Assembly (NCBI GenBank): GCA_964386395.1 | Contig: CAYLRV010000001.1 | Location: 23,807-87,806 of the forward strand | Reading direction: 5' to 3' | DNA: 64,000 bases | Origin: an uncultured Chitinophaga sp. | GTDB lineage: Bacteria; Bacteroidota; Bacteroidia; Chitinophagales; Chitinophagaceae | In this document: piece by piece, positions 47,435 to 57,663 of the stretch | Position numbering within the stretch: position 1 is the first letter of the stretch | Layout: each line of letters begins with the position of its first letter | Translations under genes and position numbers: made by a program | The notes under the pieces: model-generated | What the model was told of the DNA's origin: nothing | Database searches by the model: none | Seen by the model: the letters and a program-made list of their open reading frames with translations, nothing else

Positions 47435-48550
47435 CTACCGGACAGATAAAGGAGGTGCCGCTTCCCCAATTTCATATTCCTCGCCCACCACCCATGCAAT
47501 CGTCTTCGCCAGTTGTGCTGTGTATTGCTGTTCCTTGTCTGTTATTTCACCCAGCGGGTGAATACCAGGTCCCAACAACGCTGCCCATGTTTGCGATGAT
47601 CCACTTATAAACCGGCCATGTGCATCCCAACGTTTTGTTTTATTTCCCCTGCCATGATCGGTGGTGATAATAAACGTGGTGCTATTCTTATATCCCGGTG
47701 TACTCTGAACCAGTTGCCACAGCTCAGCAATCATACGGTCTGCTTCGGCTGCTTTCTGCAAGTAAAGATCGTAGCGGCCTTCATGTGCATATTCATCTGT
47801 TTCGCCAAGGCCCAGGAATACAACCCTCGGCTGCTGCGTCTTTATATATTCTTTGGCGGTAAGAAAAGTAAGCATATCCTGCCTCGTGCTGTGCCTTTCC
47901 CTGGTTATCTTTTCCTGCACAGCATTAATGTACCGCTGTTCGGCTGAAGCATTATTGACCATATTCATATACCCGCTATTTACCGGCAGTGCATTTCGTT
48001 CCGTATTTAGAATATACGGAAATACATCCCATGATGTAAAAGCCACCACCTCACCTGCAAAGCCCGGACGTGCCGCAATATGCTCCAGCACATTGATATT
48101 GGGGTTCTCAATTTTCCGGTTGGAAGATATACGCGGATCGGCATGGCCTGTGAGCATCTCATTGTAACCCGGGTATGATATAGCATAGCTATTCGCCACA
48201 TTTAGTTTATTACCTGCATCCCGGTTACCCAGCAATTGTCCCTTCGTTGCTATTACATTCCAGAAAAATGGAAGTAACTTCTTTCGTCGTTCTTCCGCAG
48301 TTGACCCACCATATAAAAGCATGGCTGTTTCACTATCAGGTGTGCATTCGTCATCCAGCAGCAGCGATGAGTCGGCACCCCTGTACAACTCCTGCCAGCG
48401 AAAACCATCCAGTGTAATAATGAAAAGATTTTTAGTGGGTGTAATAGCAGGTTCCGCTGCAGGTGCCCAGGTTTTTGAGCCCGGTGATTGAATGATGGCC
48501 AGGCACACGAGTGGCCCGATCAGTTTTTTCATTGTGTAACGGTTTTGCAA
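47435..48550 (-). CDS. alkaline-phosphatase-superfamily enzyme, nucleotide pyrophosphatase/phosphodiesterase (NPP)-like
   Basis: Carries the ITLDGFRWQE (DGFR) and TTDHGRG motifs typical of type I phosphodiesterase/NPP, and has a signal peptide. Confidence 0.6.
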   Translation of the reverse strand: MQNRYTMKKLIGPLVCLAIIQSPGSKTWAPAAEPAITPTKNLFIITLDGFRWQELYRGADSSLLLDDECTPDSETAMLLYGGSTAEERRKKLLPFFWNVIATKGQLLGNRDAGNKLNVANSYAISYPGYNEMLTGHADPRISSNRKIENPNINVLEHIAARPGFAGEVVAFTSWDVFPYILNTERNALPVNSGYMNMVNNASAEQRYINAVQEKITRERHSTRQDMLTFLTAKEYIKTQQPRVVFLGLGETDEYAHEGRYDLYLQKAAEADRMIAELWQLVQSTPGYKNSTTFIITTDHGRGNKTKRWDAHGRFISGSSQTWAALLGPGIHPLGEITDKEQQYTAQLAKTIAWVVGEEYEIGEAAPPLSVR

Positions 48551-48612
48551 AGGAACAACGGCAGTTTAAACCCAGTTTTATGCAAACGTTACGGTTAGGT
48601 TATATCACCAGG

Positions 48613-49182
48613 TCAATGCTGGTGACCATGACCTGCAGTTATCCATGCACTGATCTTATTTCGTTCCTGCAATGGCAGCAGGCCAGTCTGCGGCATGGGT
48701 GAAGGATTGCCATCAACTGCCCTCGCTTTTATCCGATCCCAGTTATTGAGTATGTCACAGCTGCGTGTCCAATCATGGCCTGCCTGTGGGTTTACTCCGC
48801 TATGGCAGGAAAGGCAATTTGCTGCAAGCAATGATTTAACGGCAGTAAATAAAGTCCCTGCATTGCTTTCAGGTATTATTATTGATGATGTGTATTCACA
48901 TCCACCGTTATCTCTTGCCACTACTTTATACGTACCCGGTAGCAAAGAAGAGAAAACGGGTGAGGATTGAAAAGCGCTGTTTCCAATCTTGTATGAGATC
49001 CCATTACCAACCGGAGAAGTAATGCTGATGCTGCCGCCAGCCACACATGGATGTGATGATGCAGTATCCGCTGTAATAACCAACGCCGGGCAATTGGCGG
49101 GTGATGTGGCATTTTTTGAACAACTTATCAAATAAGAAAGTATTGCCAGCAGGGCGATATAAATTCTTCCACAGCTTGCCAT
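48613..49182 (-). CDS. small secreted c-type cytochrome-like protein
   Basis: Has a signal peptide and a CxxCH heme-binding motif (ANCLSCHSG). Confidence 0.45.
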   Translation of the reverse strand: MASCGRIYIALLAILSYLISCSKNATSPANCPALVITADTASSHPCVAGGSISITSPVGNGISYKIGNSAFQSSPVFSSLLPGTYKVVARDNGGCEYTSSIIIPESNAGTLFTAVKSLLAANCLSCHSGVNPQAGHDWTRSCDILNNWDRIKARAVDGNPSPMPQTGLLPLQERNKISAWITAGHGHQH

Positions 49183-49183
49183 A

Positions 49184-50992
49184 TCAATACACTTGACGTT
49201 TATCAGTCAGCGATTGCATGAACGAAACAATTGCCCTTTTTTCATTTACGTTTAATGTCAGTGAATCAAACGGCAGCGACTGGTAAGGCAAATCGATTCC
49301 GAGCCCCACACCTCCACCCTTGTGGTAAAACTCGACTACTTCATCCAACGTCCCATAAACCCCATTATGCATATACGGGGCTGTCATTGCCGCATTGCGA
49401 ACAGTGGGCGTTTTAAATGCGTATAACAATTCGTTGAGCTGATTAATACGGTAACGGCCCGAATCACGGTCAATCACTGCACCCCGCCAAACCGGTTTTG
49501 CCGGCACACCAATAATTTCTGACTCTGACTTCGTAAACCACGGGGGTATGTTGCCGTTAAACAAAGGAACAAAATGGCAGGTGGCACATTTTGCTTTACC
49601 TGCAAAGAGGTTAAACCCATTTTTCTCTTCTGCACTCAGTGCATTATTGTCGCCTTGCATATATTCATCAAAACGGGAGGAGAATGGGTTCAGTGAACGG
49701 ACAAAGGCAGCCAGTGCATTTCTCACTTCATATCCGCCGATAGTGTCAATGCCGGGGAAAGCTTCAAAAAAAAGATTCCTGTAGCCTGTATCCCTGCTGA
49801 GCTTATTAGCTATACCAGATGAGCTGAATGCAAACTCCTGGTGGTTCTTCATCACCTCATTTGCCTGATCTTCCAGTGTAACCGCCCGCAGATCGTAGAA
49901 TTGATGACTTTGTAAAGAAGCGTAATAGAGGCCGGGTGTATTTCTTTCCAGTAATCCGCCATGTACCAGATTACCGGCCTTTTCTTTTCCGTCTGTAAAG
50001 AATTTATCCGGCTGATGGCAACTGCCACAACTTATCTTACCCGAGAGCGAAAGCGATTTGTCGAAGAATAGTTTTTTACCGAGGCTTGTTTTTTCTGCGC
50101 TGGTGGTAGCAGACGCATAGCCAGCATAATAATCCGGATTCAATCCATTGCCTTCCAGCAAATCGGCTAAAGTCCCATCAAATACCTTTATTGCCAGGCT
50201 GTCGGTATCCGTCTTCTTATCCTCATTCACCAGCATTTTACTAAGCGGTGCCAGGTAATGCCGCATAAAAGTGAGCCTGTCAAAGGAATCGAAATCGGTG
50301 TGCCGGTCAAGATACTCTATGCACTTGTTAAAATTAGTACCCCATCTATCATTACCAGTTTCACCAAAATATAAATGGCTAAAGGACGCCACACCTTGCA
50401 GCGCCGCCCTGGCCTCCGGCAGTGATTGCTTGCTCAAGGGTGCATCGAAGCCCGTAATGCCCTGTGTAGCTATGCGTATCAGCTCATGTTGAATAATTTC
50501 CCGGGCATGTTGTGGCAATATTGTGGTTTGCTCCATGGAAGTTTTAATAAACCGCAGATCTGTTTGGAGCAATTTTATTTCGTTGGACACAACAGGGGCC
50601 AATGAATCGTGGTAGCTGATATACAAATATTGCTCTATTACCTGGAACCCATGGGGCGGCCATACCTGGCCGTCCTCCGTTTTCACATCCGGTAATGCCG
50701 GCCCGTTCACCCGTTTCATCAATCCCTGGAAATAATATTCAGTTATACCCTCAGTTTGTTTGTATAACAATCTAGCTTTACCAAACTGATTTTTAAGTTC
50801 GGTTGCGGGACGCTTTCCCTGTGCGGCCTTACTGAGTTCATCCAGTTGTGCAAGCAGGGAATCTGTCTGTCTGTTGAAATATTCTTTCACCACAGGTTCG
50901 CCATACTGCTTATTATTTATCCGGCAACTCTGGATCAACACATAGCCCGTAGTAATAATGAATGCCAGTAAGCCAGTGACTTTTTGTTTCAT
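49184..50992 (-). CDS. di-heme cytochrome c peroxidase (CCP/MauG family) with N-terminal extension
   Basis: Two CxxCH motifs are present (ISCGSCHQP and KCATCHFVP), with family-typical spacing. Confidence 0.75.
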   Translation of the reverse strand: MKQKVTGLLAFIITTGYVLIQSCRINNKQYGEPVVKEYFNRQTDSLLAQLDELSKAAQGKRPATELKNQFGKARLLYKQTEGITEYYFQGLMKRVNGPALPDVKTEDGQVWPPHGFQVIEQYLYISYHDSLAPVVSNEIKLLQTDLRFIKTSMEQTTILPQHAREIIQHELIRIATQGITGFDAPLSKQSLPEARAALQGVASFSHLYFGETGNDRWGTNFNKCIEYLDRHTDFDSFDRLTFMRHYLAPLSKMLVNEDKKTDTDSLAIKVFDGTLADLLEGNGLNPDYYAGYASATTSAEKTSLGKKLFFDKSLSLSGKISCGSCHQPDKFFTDGKEKAGNLVHGGLLERNTPGLYYASLQSHQFYDLRAVTLEDQANEVMKNHQEFAFSSSGIANKLSRDTGYRNLFFEAFPGIDTIGGYEVRNALAAFVRSLNPFSSRFDEYMQGDNNALSAEEKNGFNLFAGKAKCATCHFVPLFNGNIPPWFTKSESEIIGVPAKPVWRGAVIDRDSGRYRINQLNELLYAFKTPTVRNAAMTAPYMHNGVYGTLDEVVEFYHKGGGVGLGIDLPYQSLPFDSLTLNVNEKRAIVSFMQSLTDKRQVY

Positions 50993-51053
50993 AGAAATAA
51001 AAATATCCCCCCGCTAATAAGGCAAGGGGGATGTTATAATTGCTGATAGTATT

Positions 51054-52478
51054 TTAACGGGGAACGCCTCTTAACAACAATGTTTGTCCACCTGATTTAT
51101 ATGCCTGCACGGAAGTAGCCCGGCTTGGATTCAGGAACCTGTCTCCTTCCACCCATGAATGGGCATGTATATTTATGATGAATGTATTCGGCTCTCCAAT
51201 AATATCAGAGATGTCAAGCATAGCACCATGCTCCCACAAGGCAAAGCGCTGATCATTGGTTGGGTTATAAACAGTAGAACCCAGTGTTTTATTCTTCAAA
51301 TCAATCATACGCTTCTTCGTACCTGTGGCAATATCATATTGCCATATCAGTGAATTGTGCGAAGCGCCGGGGAAGAATGAGTCGCCGTCTTCCTGTATGT
51401 ACACATAGTTCTGTGTTACGCAAAGGTTATCGGGGTTGATAATTTCATTACCTGGATTTAAATCGCCATCTTCAACAATATCAAGCTTACCTGTCAATGG
51501 ATTAGCGGCATCCATTTTCAAACGGTACACACGGCCCCAGTATGTTTTTTCAGGCTGGCCGCTTACACCTGTTGCAACAAAATACACTTCGCGGCTGTTG
51601 GCACCACCGCCCTTACGGTAATCCAGATCTTCCACCCGGGCAAACTGTATAGACTTCAGTGAACTGTTCAGGTTTTCAATCTCAGCACCCGTCAGGTTTT
51701 TAGCATTGGGCACTTCCACAAATTCCACATCGTACACATTGCCTTTGGTCATGTTTGTTTCGATCTGGTTCTGGTTGGTCCTTCTGAGCACATACAGTTT
51801 ACCATTATCCAAATCACCGGGTGTATTGGATACATACAGATACACCTGTCCGTTACCGGCATCTTCGCCAAGGATAATTACTGTTTTACCAGCGTATGCA
51901 TCTTTTGCTAATGGCACTGCGTTCTCCCCGCTGAATTTACCCAAGGCTGGCTTTACCCGTGACTGATTAGCTGCGTCTGCCGGAGCAATTGGATCAATTG
52001 CATGTGTCATAGCGTTTACATTGCTCTCGCCTGTGGAAAGGAACATCGGTTTAGGAAATCCGTGTTCTTCCGGCGTGGCCAAAGTTCCGGAGCAAAGGCG
52101 GAACATACCACCATCTGTATTGACAATATACTCCCCTTTAACCGGGTTCAGTTTTTTATCAAGATAAACCCTGGATATGGCGTAGGTATTCTCATGATTG
52201 GTAACCATGATATAACCGCTTCCGTCGGGATTCTTTAGGAAACCTTGTCCATCCGGCGCACCACCATACACAAAATTGGGATAACCGGGAATAGTGTCAC
52301 TGCTGCTTATCAATGTGTAAGCACTTACACCGGAAAACGCCGGATCAATGGTGACAAAAGATTCTGCATTTGACCGGTTTTTAAACTCAGGCTTTTCTGC
52401 CGGTTGGTCATTTTTGTTTTTCTTGCAGCTGGCAAAAAAGATAGCGGCTACAGCGGTTAAGGTTACAATTTTTCTCAT
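51054..52478 (-). CDS. lipoprotein, possible PhoX/phytase-like beta-propeller phosphatase (DUF839-like)
   Basis: Has a lipobox (FFASCKK) and a beta-propeller-like repetitive Gly/Asp-rich sequence. The family assignment is weak. Confidence 0.4.
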   Translation of the reverse strand: MRKIVTLTAVAAIFFASCKKNKNDQPAEKPEFKNRSNAESFVTIDPAFSGVSAYTLISSSDTIPGYPNFVYGGAPDGQGFLKNPDGSGYIMVTNHENTYAISRVYLDKKLNPVKGEYIVNTDGGMFRLCSGTLATPEEHGFPKPMFLSTGESNVNAMTHAIDPIAPADAANQSRVKPALGKFSGENAVPLAKDAYAGKTVIILGEDAGNGQVYLYVSNTPGDLDNGKLYVLRRTNQNQIETNMTKGNVYDVEFVEVPNAKNLTGAEIENLNSSLKSIQFARVEDLDYRKGGGANSREVYFVATGVSGQPEKTYWGRVYRLKMDAANPLTGKLDIVEDGDLNPGNEIINPDNLCVTQNYVYIQEDGDSFFPGASHNSLIWQYDIATGTKKRMIDLKNKTLGSTVYNPTNDQRFALWEHGAMLDISDIIGEPNTFIINIHAHSWVEGDRFLNPSRATSVQAYKSGGQTLLLRGVPR

Positions 52479-52694
52479 CGGGATTTTGTTGAATTGTGTT
52501 TCAAATAATATATATCATCTGCTGATTTCGCTGCAAAACTGCCATGTCAATGTTACCTTCCTGTTAGCCAAAGTTTACCAGATTATGAAATGAATTGTTG
52601 CCGTGGATAATTTGCAGAAGTGATTTCGTTTATACATATAAAAAAAGCCAGTCCTCCAAGAGGAGGACTGGCTTTTCAAACTACAATTACCTGA

Positions 52695-55600
52695 TTACTG
52701 CTTAACGAATTTCTGCGAACTGCCATCTGCAAAACGCAGCAGGTAATAACCGGCAGCTAACTGTGAAATGTTTATGGTTGTTGATTGATTGCTGATTCGT
52801 ATTGATGATAATTGGCGCCCCTGCATATCATGCAATTGCACAGTAGTGTTTTGAAGTGCTGCAGGAACAGTCAAAACAATCACATCACTCGACGGGTTGG
52901 GATAAAGCGTAATCAGTCCTTCGCCGGTGGTACTCAGTTTCATCACTGCAGAATAACCAGAACGTCCGCTAAATTCAACCTGCCTGATACGGAAGAAGGC
53001 AGTACCGGTAAGGCGTACGGGTTGAGTAAACGTATAGCTGTTTTCACCATTACCGCTGCTGCTTACGGTGCCAATGAGGGTGTAGTTTATTCCATCCTCA
53101 CTTCTTTCAATTTCATAACGGGCAATGTTTGATTCCTGTACTTTCCATTTTATAACTGGCTGTTTCAAACTGTTGAGGCTACCAGCAACAGTTAACCAGT
53201 TCAATGGTAATGTACTGCCGATTGATTTAATAAAGAACCCGCTGAAGCCCGTTACATCAAAACTGATTTCCCAGCGATTGTCAACATTGTTCCATACAAT
53301 ATCGGCGTCGTTCGGGTTTATTGTTTCCGGTGCCCCGGGATAGGAGGCCGGCAGACCTGAACCATCACTGCTTGTACCACCTCTTTTTTCAACCAGCAGG
53401 TTAGCCTTACCAGCAGCGTCACCGGGATTTTGTGGTAACAGTGCTGTGTTCAATGCATTGAAATCATCAAAATCTTGTTGTGTAAAGAATAAGGTAATCC
53501 GCCCTGTTGAAGTAGCAGGGTTTGTAACAGGTGTTATTTCGTAATGTCTTTTTACAAATTCGGCAGGAGGCGTGCTTTCAATCCAAACTTCTGCATCCAC
53601 TTGCCCGGTTACAGGGCTTGCACCGGCCTGTGCCAGGTTTGCAATAAGACTGGTACAGGTGCCAAATGAGGTAACAGTACCTTGTGTGGTCTGCACTGCA
53701 ACATTTGTCATAGCCAGGGAAGATGAAATAAGGCTAAACTCATATATCGTTACAGTCCGGCTTACTTCGGCAGTAGCAATCACCAATGCCCTTCCGGTTG
53801 GGCTTTGATTGGCGGGTACAAATAACAATCCCTCCACACCCAGGTCGGCAGGATGATCAATGTATTGCAGGAACACGGGTGCAAGCGGGTTGCTGATATC
53901 ATAAACAAAAATATCACCGGTACGTTCACTACCTACGAATGCATACAATACACCATTTACTGTTCCGGTGGTAACCGCTTCTACTTCTGGTCCTTTATTA
54001 TCGCTACGTGTATCAAAACTTGCTGATGTACCATCGGAGTTGAATACCGTTGGGTTTTGTTGTGCGGAAATTTGCTCTAACTGATCGCCACTGTCAAACA
54101 CCTGTGTATAGCTGCTGTTCCAGATGCTGAATGAACGTGCACCCAAGGCATGTATCTGATCGTAATCACCATCAGTATCTGTATCACCAGTAGCGCTTGT
54201 CAGTTGCAGACGGCCCAGGTTCTGGTTTAATTTTAAAGTGGCTGCATTTGGAAATACAGTCGGATCCAGTGTATATCCACCAGCACCTACCCTTATTTCT
54301 TCTGAAAAACCTGTCCAAGCCCTTGCATCACCTTCGTTGGCTGTTATATAGTAAGTATTGCCTCCAACAGTAAAGCTGCCAATGGCATCCGGCTGGTACA
54401 TCCCAAATACCGGCCAGTTTTGAATATTAATAGCACCTGTGCTGAAGCCCGGTGCCAAATCACGGTCACTGGCATCAAGGCCGTTGCCGGCCAGGTTATG
54501 ATTTTTTAATCCGAGTGGAACAATCTGTGTTACGGTAGCTGATGCAATATCCACTTCTGCCAGTGCATTATTCTCCTGTAAGGTTACGATTGCTTTTGTA
54601 CCGTCACCGGAGAAGGTGATATATTCCGGTTCCAGGTCCTGTGCTACGGTAGCACCAGGACCATAGATGCGTACACCGGCTGCCCGCAGGGCAGCAATTT
54701 GCGGATTGAAACTCGCAAAGCCTGCGGTTTGTACGGTTGCGGCTAATACACCTCCGGATATATCAATGATGGAAACAGAACCTTCCGGATCAAATGAATT
54801 GCCTTGTCCATAACTATTGGGTTCCCCTTCGTTGGCCGTCAGTACTTTTGTTCCGTCTGGTGAGAAGGTAACCATATCCGGCAGATAGCCTACAGTTACA
54901 TGGTTGATATACGCACCGGTAGCTGCTGTATAGAAAGCAACAATACCCTGTTCTTGTGCACTGCTGCTGTTATTTACAATCGCATAGCCTACGGCAACGA
55001 TACCATTTCTTATTGCAACACTATTGGGCAGCGCCGTGGTGCCGCCGGGTGCACTAAACCCGAATGGGAGGTTGGTTGGGCCACCGATTGTGCCTGTATT
55101 ACTTACAGTATAATATTCCATAGCAGGGCCTGCGACGGTATAAATTCGTAACGAAGCCGCATCGAATGCTGAAATCTCTGCACCATTTGCACTCGTTCCT
55201 GTTGATTTATGAATAAGTACCTGGCAGGTATTATCTGCAATGGTTATATTTTGTGAAACGGGTGAACCCAATATGACACCCGCAGAGGGGTTGCTGATGG
55301 TTAGTACAGCCGTTTCAGCTCCTTCCGTCGCTGCATCATTTCTTATTGTAAATGTTACCGTACCTGTGGTTTGTCCGTTCAGGATAGTGATAGTAGTACC
55401 GGATAATATATAATCACCCGCTGTAATACCCGTGCCGTTTACAGCCAGGTTCACTGTTTGATTCCCCGATACCGGTGCGGATGCGGTAGCCGTTACGGTA
55501 ATGGAGGTAGCAGCCGCTTCACTACCTGCGTTGCTGCTCACAGACAGGTTCACTGTTGGTAAAGCCACATCATTATCGGTGATATCTACGTTCTGGGAAA

Positions 55601-56618
55601 GAGTAGAGCCCAATATAATACCTGCTGATGGGTTGCTGATGGTTAATACCGCTGTTTCCAGGCTTTCGATTACAGCATCATCTACAACGGTAAACGTGAC
55701 CGTACCCAGGGTAGCTCCGTTCGGAATGGTTATCGTCGTGTTCGATAAATTATAATCACCTGCTGTAATATTTGTCCCGCTTACACCAAGGCTTACGGTC
55801 TGATCACCTGTAACTGGTGCTGATGCTGTAGCTGTTACCGTAATACTTGTAGCCGCTGCCTCGCTGCCAGCATTGCTGCTTACAGAGAGTGACACGGATG
55901 GGGTTGCTGCTATATCTGTGCCGCTTACTGTCACCATATCAAAACGCCAGGTACCTGAGCCTGCATAACTGCTGCCTGAATTGGAAGGTGCATAGGCTGA
56001 AGTAGAAGGCGCAAAAACCGATACGATACGGAAAGCGAAATTGGGGTTATTGTTAACCGCAGTTACTGAACTCAAATCAATAGTACGCTGGTTAAACCAG
56101 GTATCGCCGGCATTGCCATCGAAGGGAGCGCCGAAGTCAACAAAGGTTGATCCGTTGGTACTGTACTGAAACTGTTCGTAGCGGCTGGATGTGTTACTAT
56201 GCCGCAAATCATAACGGATAATAATATTTTGCTTTCCTGCTGTACTTACATTGTATTGGGTACCCGCAGTTTTGTTGGCTGCTCCCACAGCCGGATACGT
56301 GGTCGTACCCCAGCCATAGTTGGGCGGGCTGGTAGTTACCGGGTCACTTGAGCCACCATTGGATACACCACTTGCATACGAAGCGGTTGCGCCCCCAATT
56401 AATGCCGCAGTCCCAGTACCTGTAGCAGGGGTAGGTGCGGTGGTGCCTCCGGGAACAGTGCTGGTGGACGTCCCGTTAAAATTCCATTGTGTAATCACTG
56501 TTTGTGCTTGCATCACAGGGCCAATCGCCATGAGCAACAAAACCATAGAAGTTGTCAAAAAACCGTAAACACTTTTTTGCGTATAACTTTTTCTCATATC
56601 CAGTAATAGTTTGCGCAA
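52695..56618 (-). CDS. giant T9SS-secreted protein with two tandem Calx-beta domains, a beta-propeller region and a T9SS C-terminal sorting domain
   Basis: A duplicated block of about 100 aa (SVSSNAGSEAAATSITVTATASAP...TVTFTVVDDAVIE...ETAVLTISNPSAG) is present. The C-terminus LITLYPNPSSDVIVL...YYLLRFADGSSQKFVKQ is a T9SS CTD. Confidence 0.75.
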   Translation of the reverse strand: MRKLLLDMRKSYTQKSVYGFLTTSMVLLLMAIGPVMQAQTVITQWNFNGTSTSTVPGGTTAPTPATGTGTAALIGGATASYASGVSNGGSSDPVTTSPPNYGWGTTTYPAVGAANKTAGTQYNVSTAGKQNIIIRYDLRHSNTSSRYEQFQYSTNGSTFVDFGAPFDGNAGDTWFNQRTIDLSSVTAVNNNPNFAFRIVSVFAPSTSAYAPSNSGSSYAGSGTWRFDMVTVSGTDIAATPSVSLSVSSNAGSEAAATSITVTATASAPVTGDQTVSLGVSGTNITAGDYNLSNTTITIPNGATLGTVTFTVVDDAVIESLETAVLTISNPSAGIILGSTLSQNVDITDNDVALPTVNLSVSSNAGSEAAATSITVTATASAPVSGNQTVNLAVNGTGITAGDYILSGTTITILNGQTTGTVTFTIRNDAATEGAETAVLTISNPSAGVILGSPVSQNITIADNTCQVLIHKSTGTSANGAEISAFDAASLRIYTVAGPAMEYYTVSNTGTIGGPTNLPFGFSAPGGTTALPNSVAIRNGIVAVGYAIVNNSSSAQEQGIVAFYTAATGAYINHVTVGYLPDMVTFSPDGTKVLTANEGEPNSYGQGNSFDPEGSVSIIDISGGVLAATVQTAGFASFNPQIAALRAAGVRIYGPGATVAQDLEPEYITFSGDGTKAIVTLQENNALAEVDIASATVTQIVPLGLKNHNLAGNGLDASDRDLAPGFSTGAINIQNWPVFGMYQPDAIGSFTVGGNTYYITANEGDARAWTGFSEEIRVGAGGYTLDPTVFPNAATLKLNQNLGRLQLTSATGDTDTDGDYDQIHALGARSFSIWNSSYTQVFDSGDQLEQISAQQNPTVFNSDGTSASFDTRSDNKGPEVEAVTTGTVNGVLYAFVGSERTGDIFVYDISNPLAPVFLQYIDHPADLGVEGLLFVPANQSPTGRALVIATAEVSRTVTIYEFSLISSSLAMTNVAVQTTQGTVTSFGTCTSLIANLAQAGASPVTGQVDAEVWIESTPPAEFVKRHYEITPVTNPATSTGRITLFFTQQDFDDFNALNTALLPQNPGDAAGKANLLVEKRGGTSSDGSGLPASYPGAPETINPNDADIVWNNVDNRWEISFDVTGFSGFFIKSIGSTLPLNWLTVAGSLNSLKQPVIKWKVQESNIARYEIERSEDGINYTLIGTVSSSGNGENSYTFTQPVRLTGTAFFRIRQVEFSGRSGYSAVMKLSTTGEGLITLYPNPSSDVIVLTVPAALQNTTVQLHDMQGRQLSSIRISNQSTTINISQLAAGYYLLRFADGSSQKFVKQ

Positions 56619-56808
56619 AGAAACCTGTGCGGCATGATGTATATGTTACCGCTATGTTACCAGAATATTATCATGGTCCGGTTGAATTCATCATACTATC
56701 AAAACAAGCGTTACTTAACATTTACATAATAGCAAAGTCATGGTAATTTAAACTTACCGTCTCATTCAGGTAACAAACAGTTGTGTTCTTTGCCAAACCC
56801 CTGTACAC

Positions 56809-57654
56809 TTGAAAAAAAGAAACCTTGGCGTTGTTGTTATCTCCGATGTTCACCTGGGCACATATGGTTGCCATGCCGGGGAACTGGTCAACTACCTCCG
56901 CAGCATCAGTCCGCAAATACTTATCCTGAATGGTGACATCATTGATGGCTGGCAGTTCAGCAAACGGTACTTTCCTCCCACGCATTTACAGGTAATAAAA
57001 GAAGTGCTGAATATGCTTAGCAACGGTACCCGTGTTATCTATATCACCGGCAACCATGATGAAATGATGCGCCGGTACTGCGACTTACAACTCAGCCATT
57101 TTCAGCTTACAGATAAGCTGGTTATGGAAATCAATGGGAAGACAACCTGGATATTTCATGGCGATGTGTTTGACAACACCACAAAAGGCAGTGCTAAATT
57201 CTTCGCAAGGCTTGGTGGCCACGGGTACGACTGGCTGATACTGCTGAACCGTTTTGTAAACTGGTCGCTGAAGAAAATGGGCCGGCCGAGAATGAGTTTT
57301 AGCAAAAAGATAAAAGATGGAGTAAAGAAAGCCGTAAAGTGGATTGCTGATTTTGAGCAGACGGCTGCTGAACTGGCTATTGAAAAAAAATATGACTATG
57401 TCATCTGCGGGCATATCCACCAGCCGCAAAAGCGGGTCATTGAAACAGCCAATGGCAAAGTTATTTACCTGAACAGCGGCGACTGGGTGGAGAACCTCAC
57501 TGCGCTGGAGTACAATGACAATGAATGGACGATTTACCAATATAAAGAAGAGCATTATGAAGCAGCTCCAGTTATTCCGCTCGACAAGAAGTTACCAGTG
57601 CTGAATGTGGTAACAGATGAAATAAACCTGTTTATAAATTCACTCGGAACCTAA
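56809..57654 (+). CDS. LpxH-like metallophosphoesterase (UDP-2,3-diacylglucosamine diphosphatase family)
   Basis: Has calcineurin-like motifs (VISDVHLG, GDIIDG, GNHDE, GHIHQP) and a length typical of LpxH. Confidence 0.55.
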   Translation: MKKRNLGVVVISDVHLGTYGCHAGELVNYLRSISPQILILNGDIIDGWQFSKRYFPPTHLQVIKEVLNMLSNGTRVIYITGNHDEMMRRYCDLQLSHFQLTDKLVMEINGKTTWIFHGDVFDNTTKGSAKFFARLGGHGYDWLILLNRFVNWSLKKMGRPRMSFSKKIKDGVKKAVKWIADFEQTAAELAIEKKYDYVICGHIHQPQKRVIETANGKVIYLNSGDWVENLTALEYNDNEWTIYQYKEEHYEAAPVIPLDKKLPVLNVVTDEINLFINSLGT

Positions 57655-57663
57655 ATCCAACGT

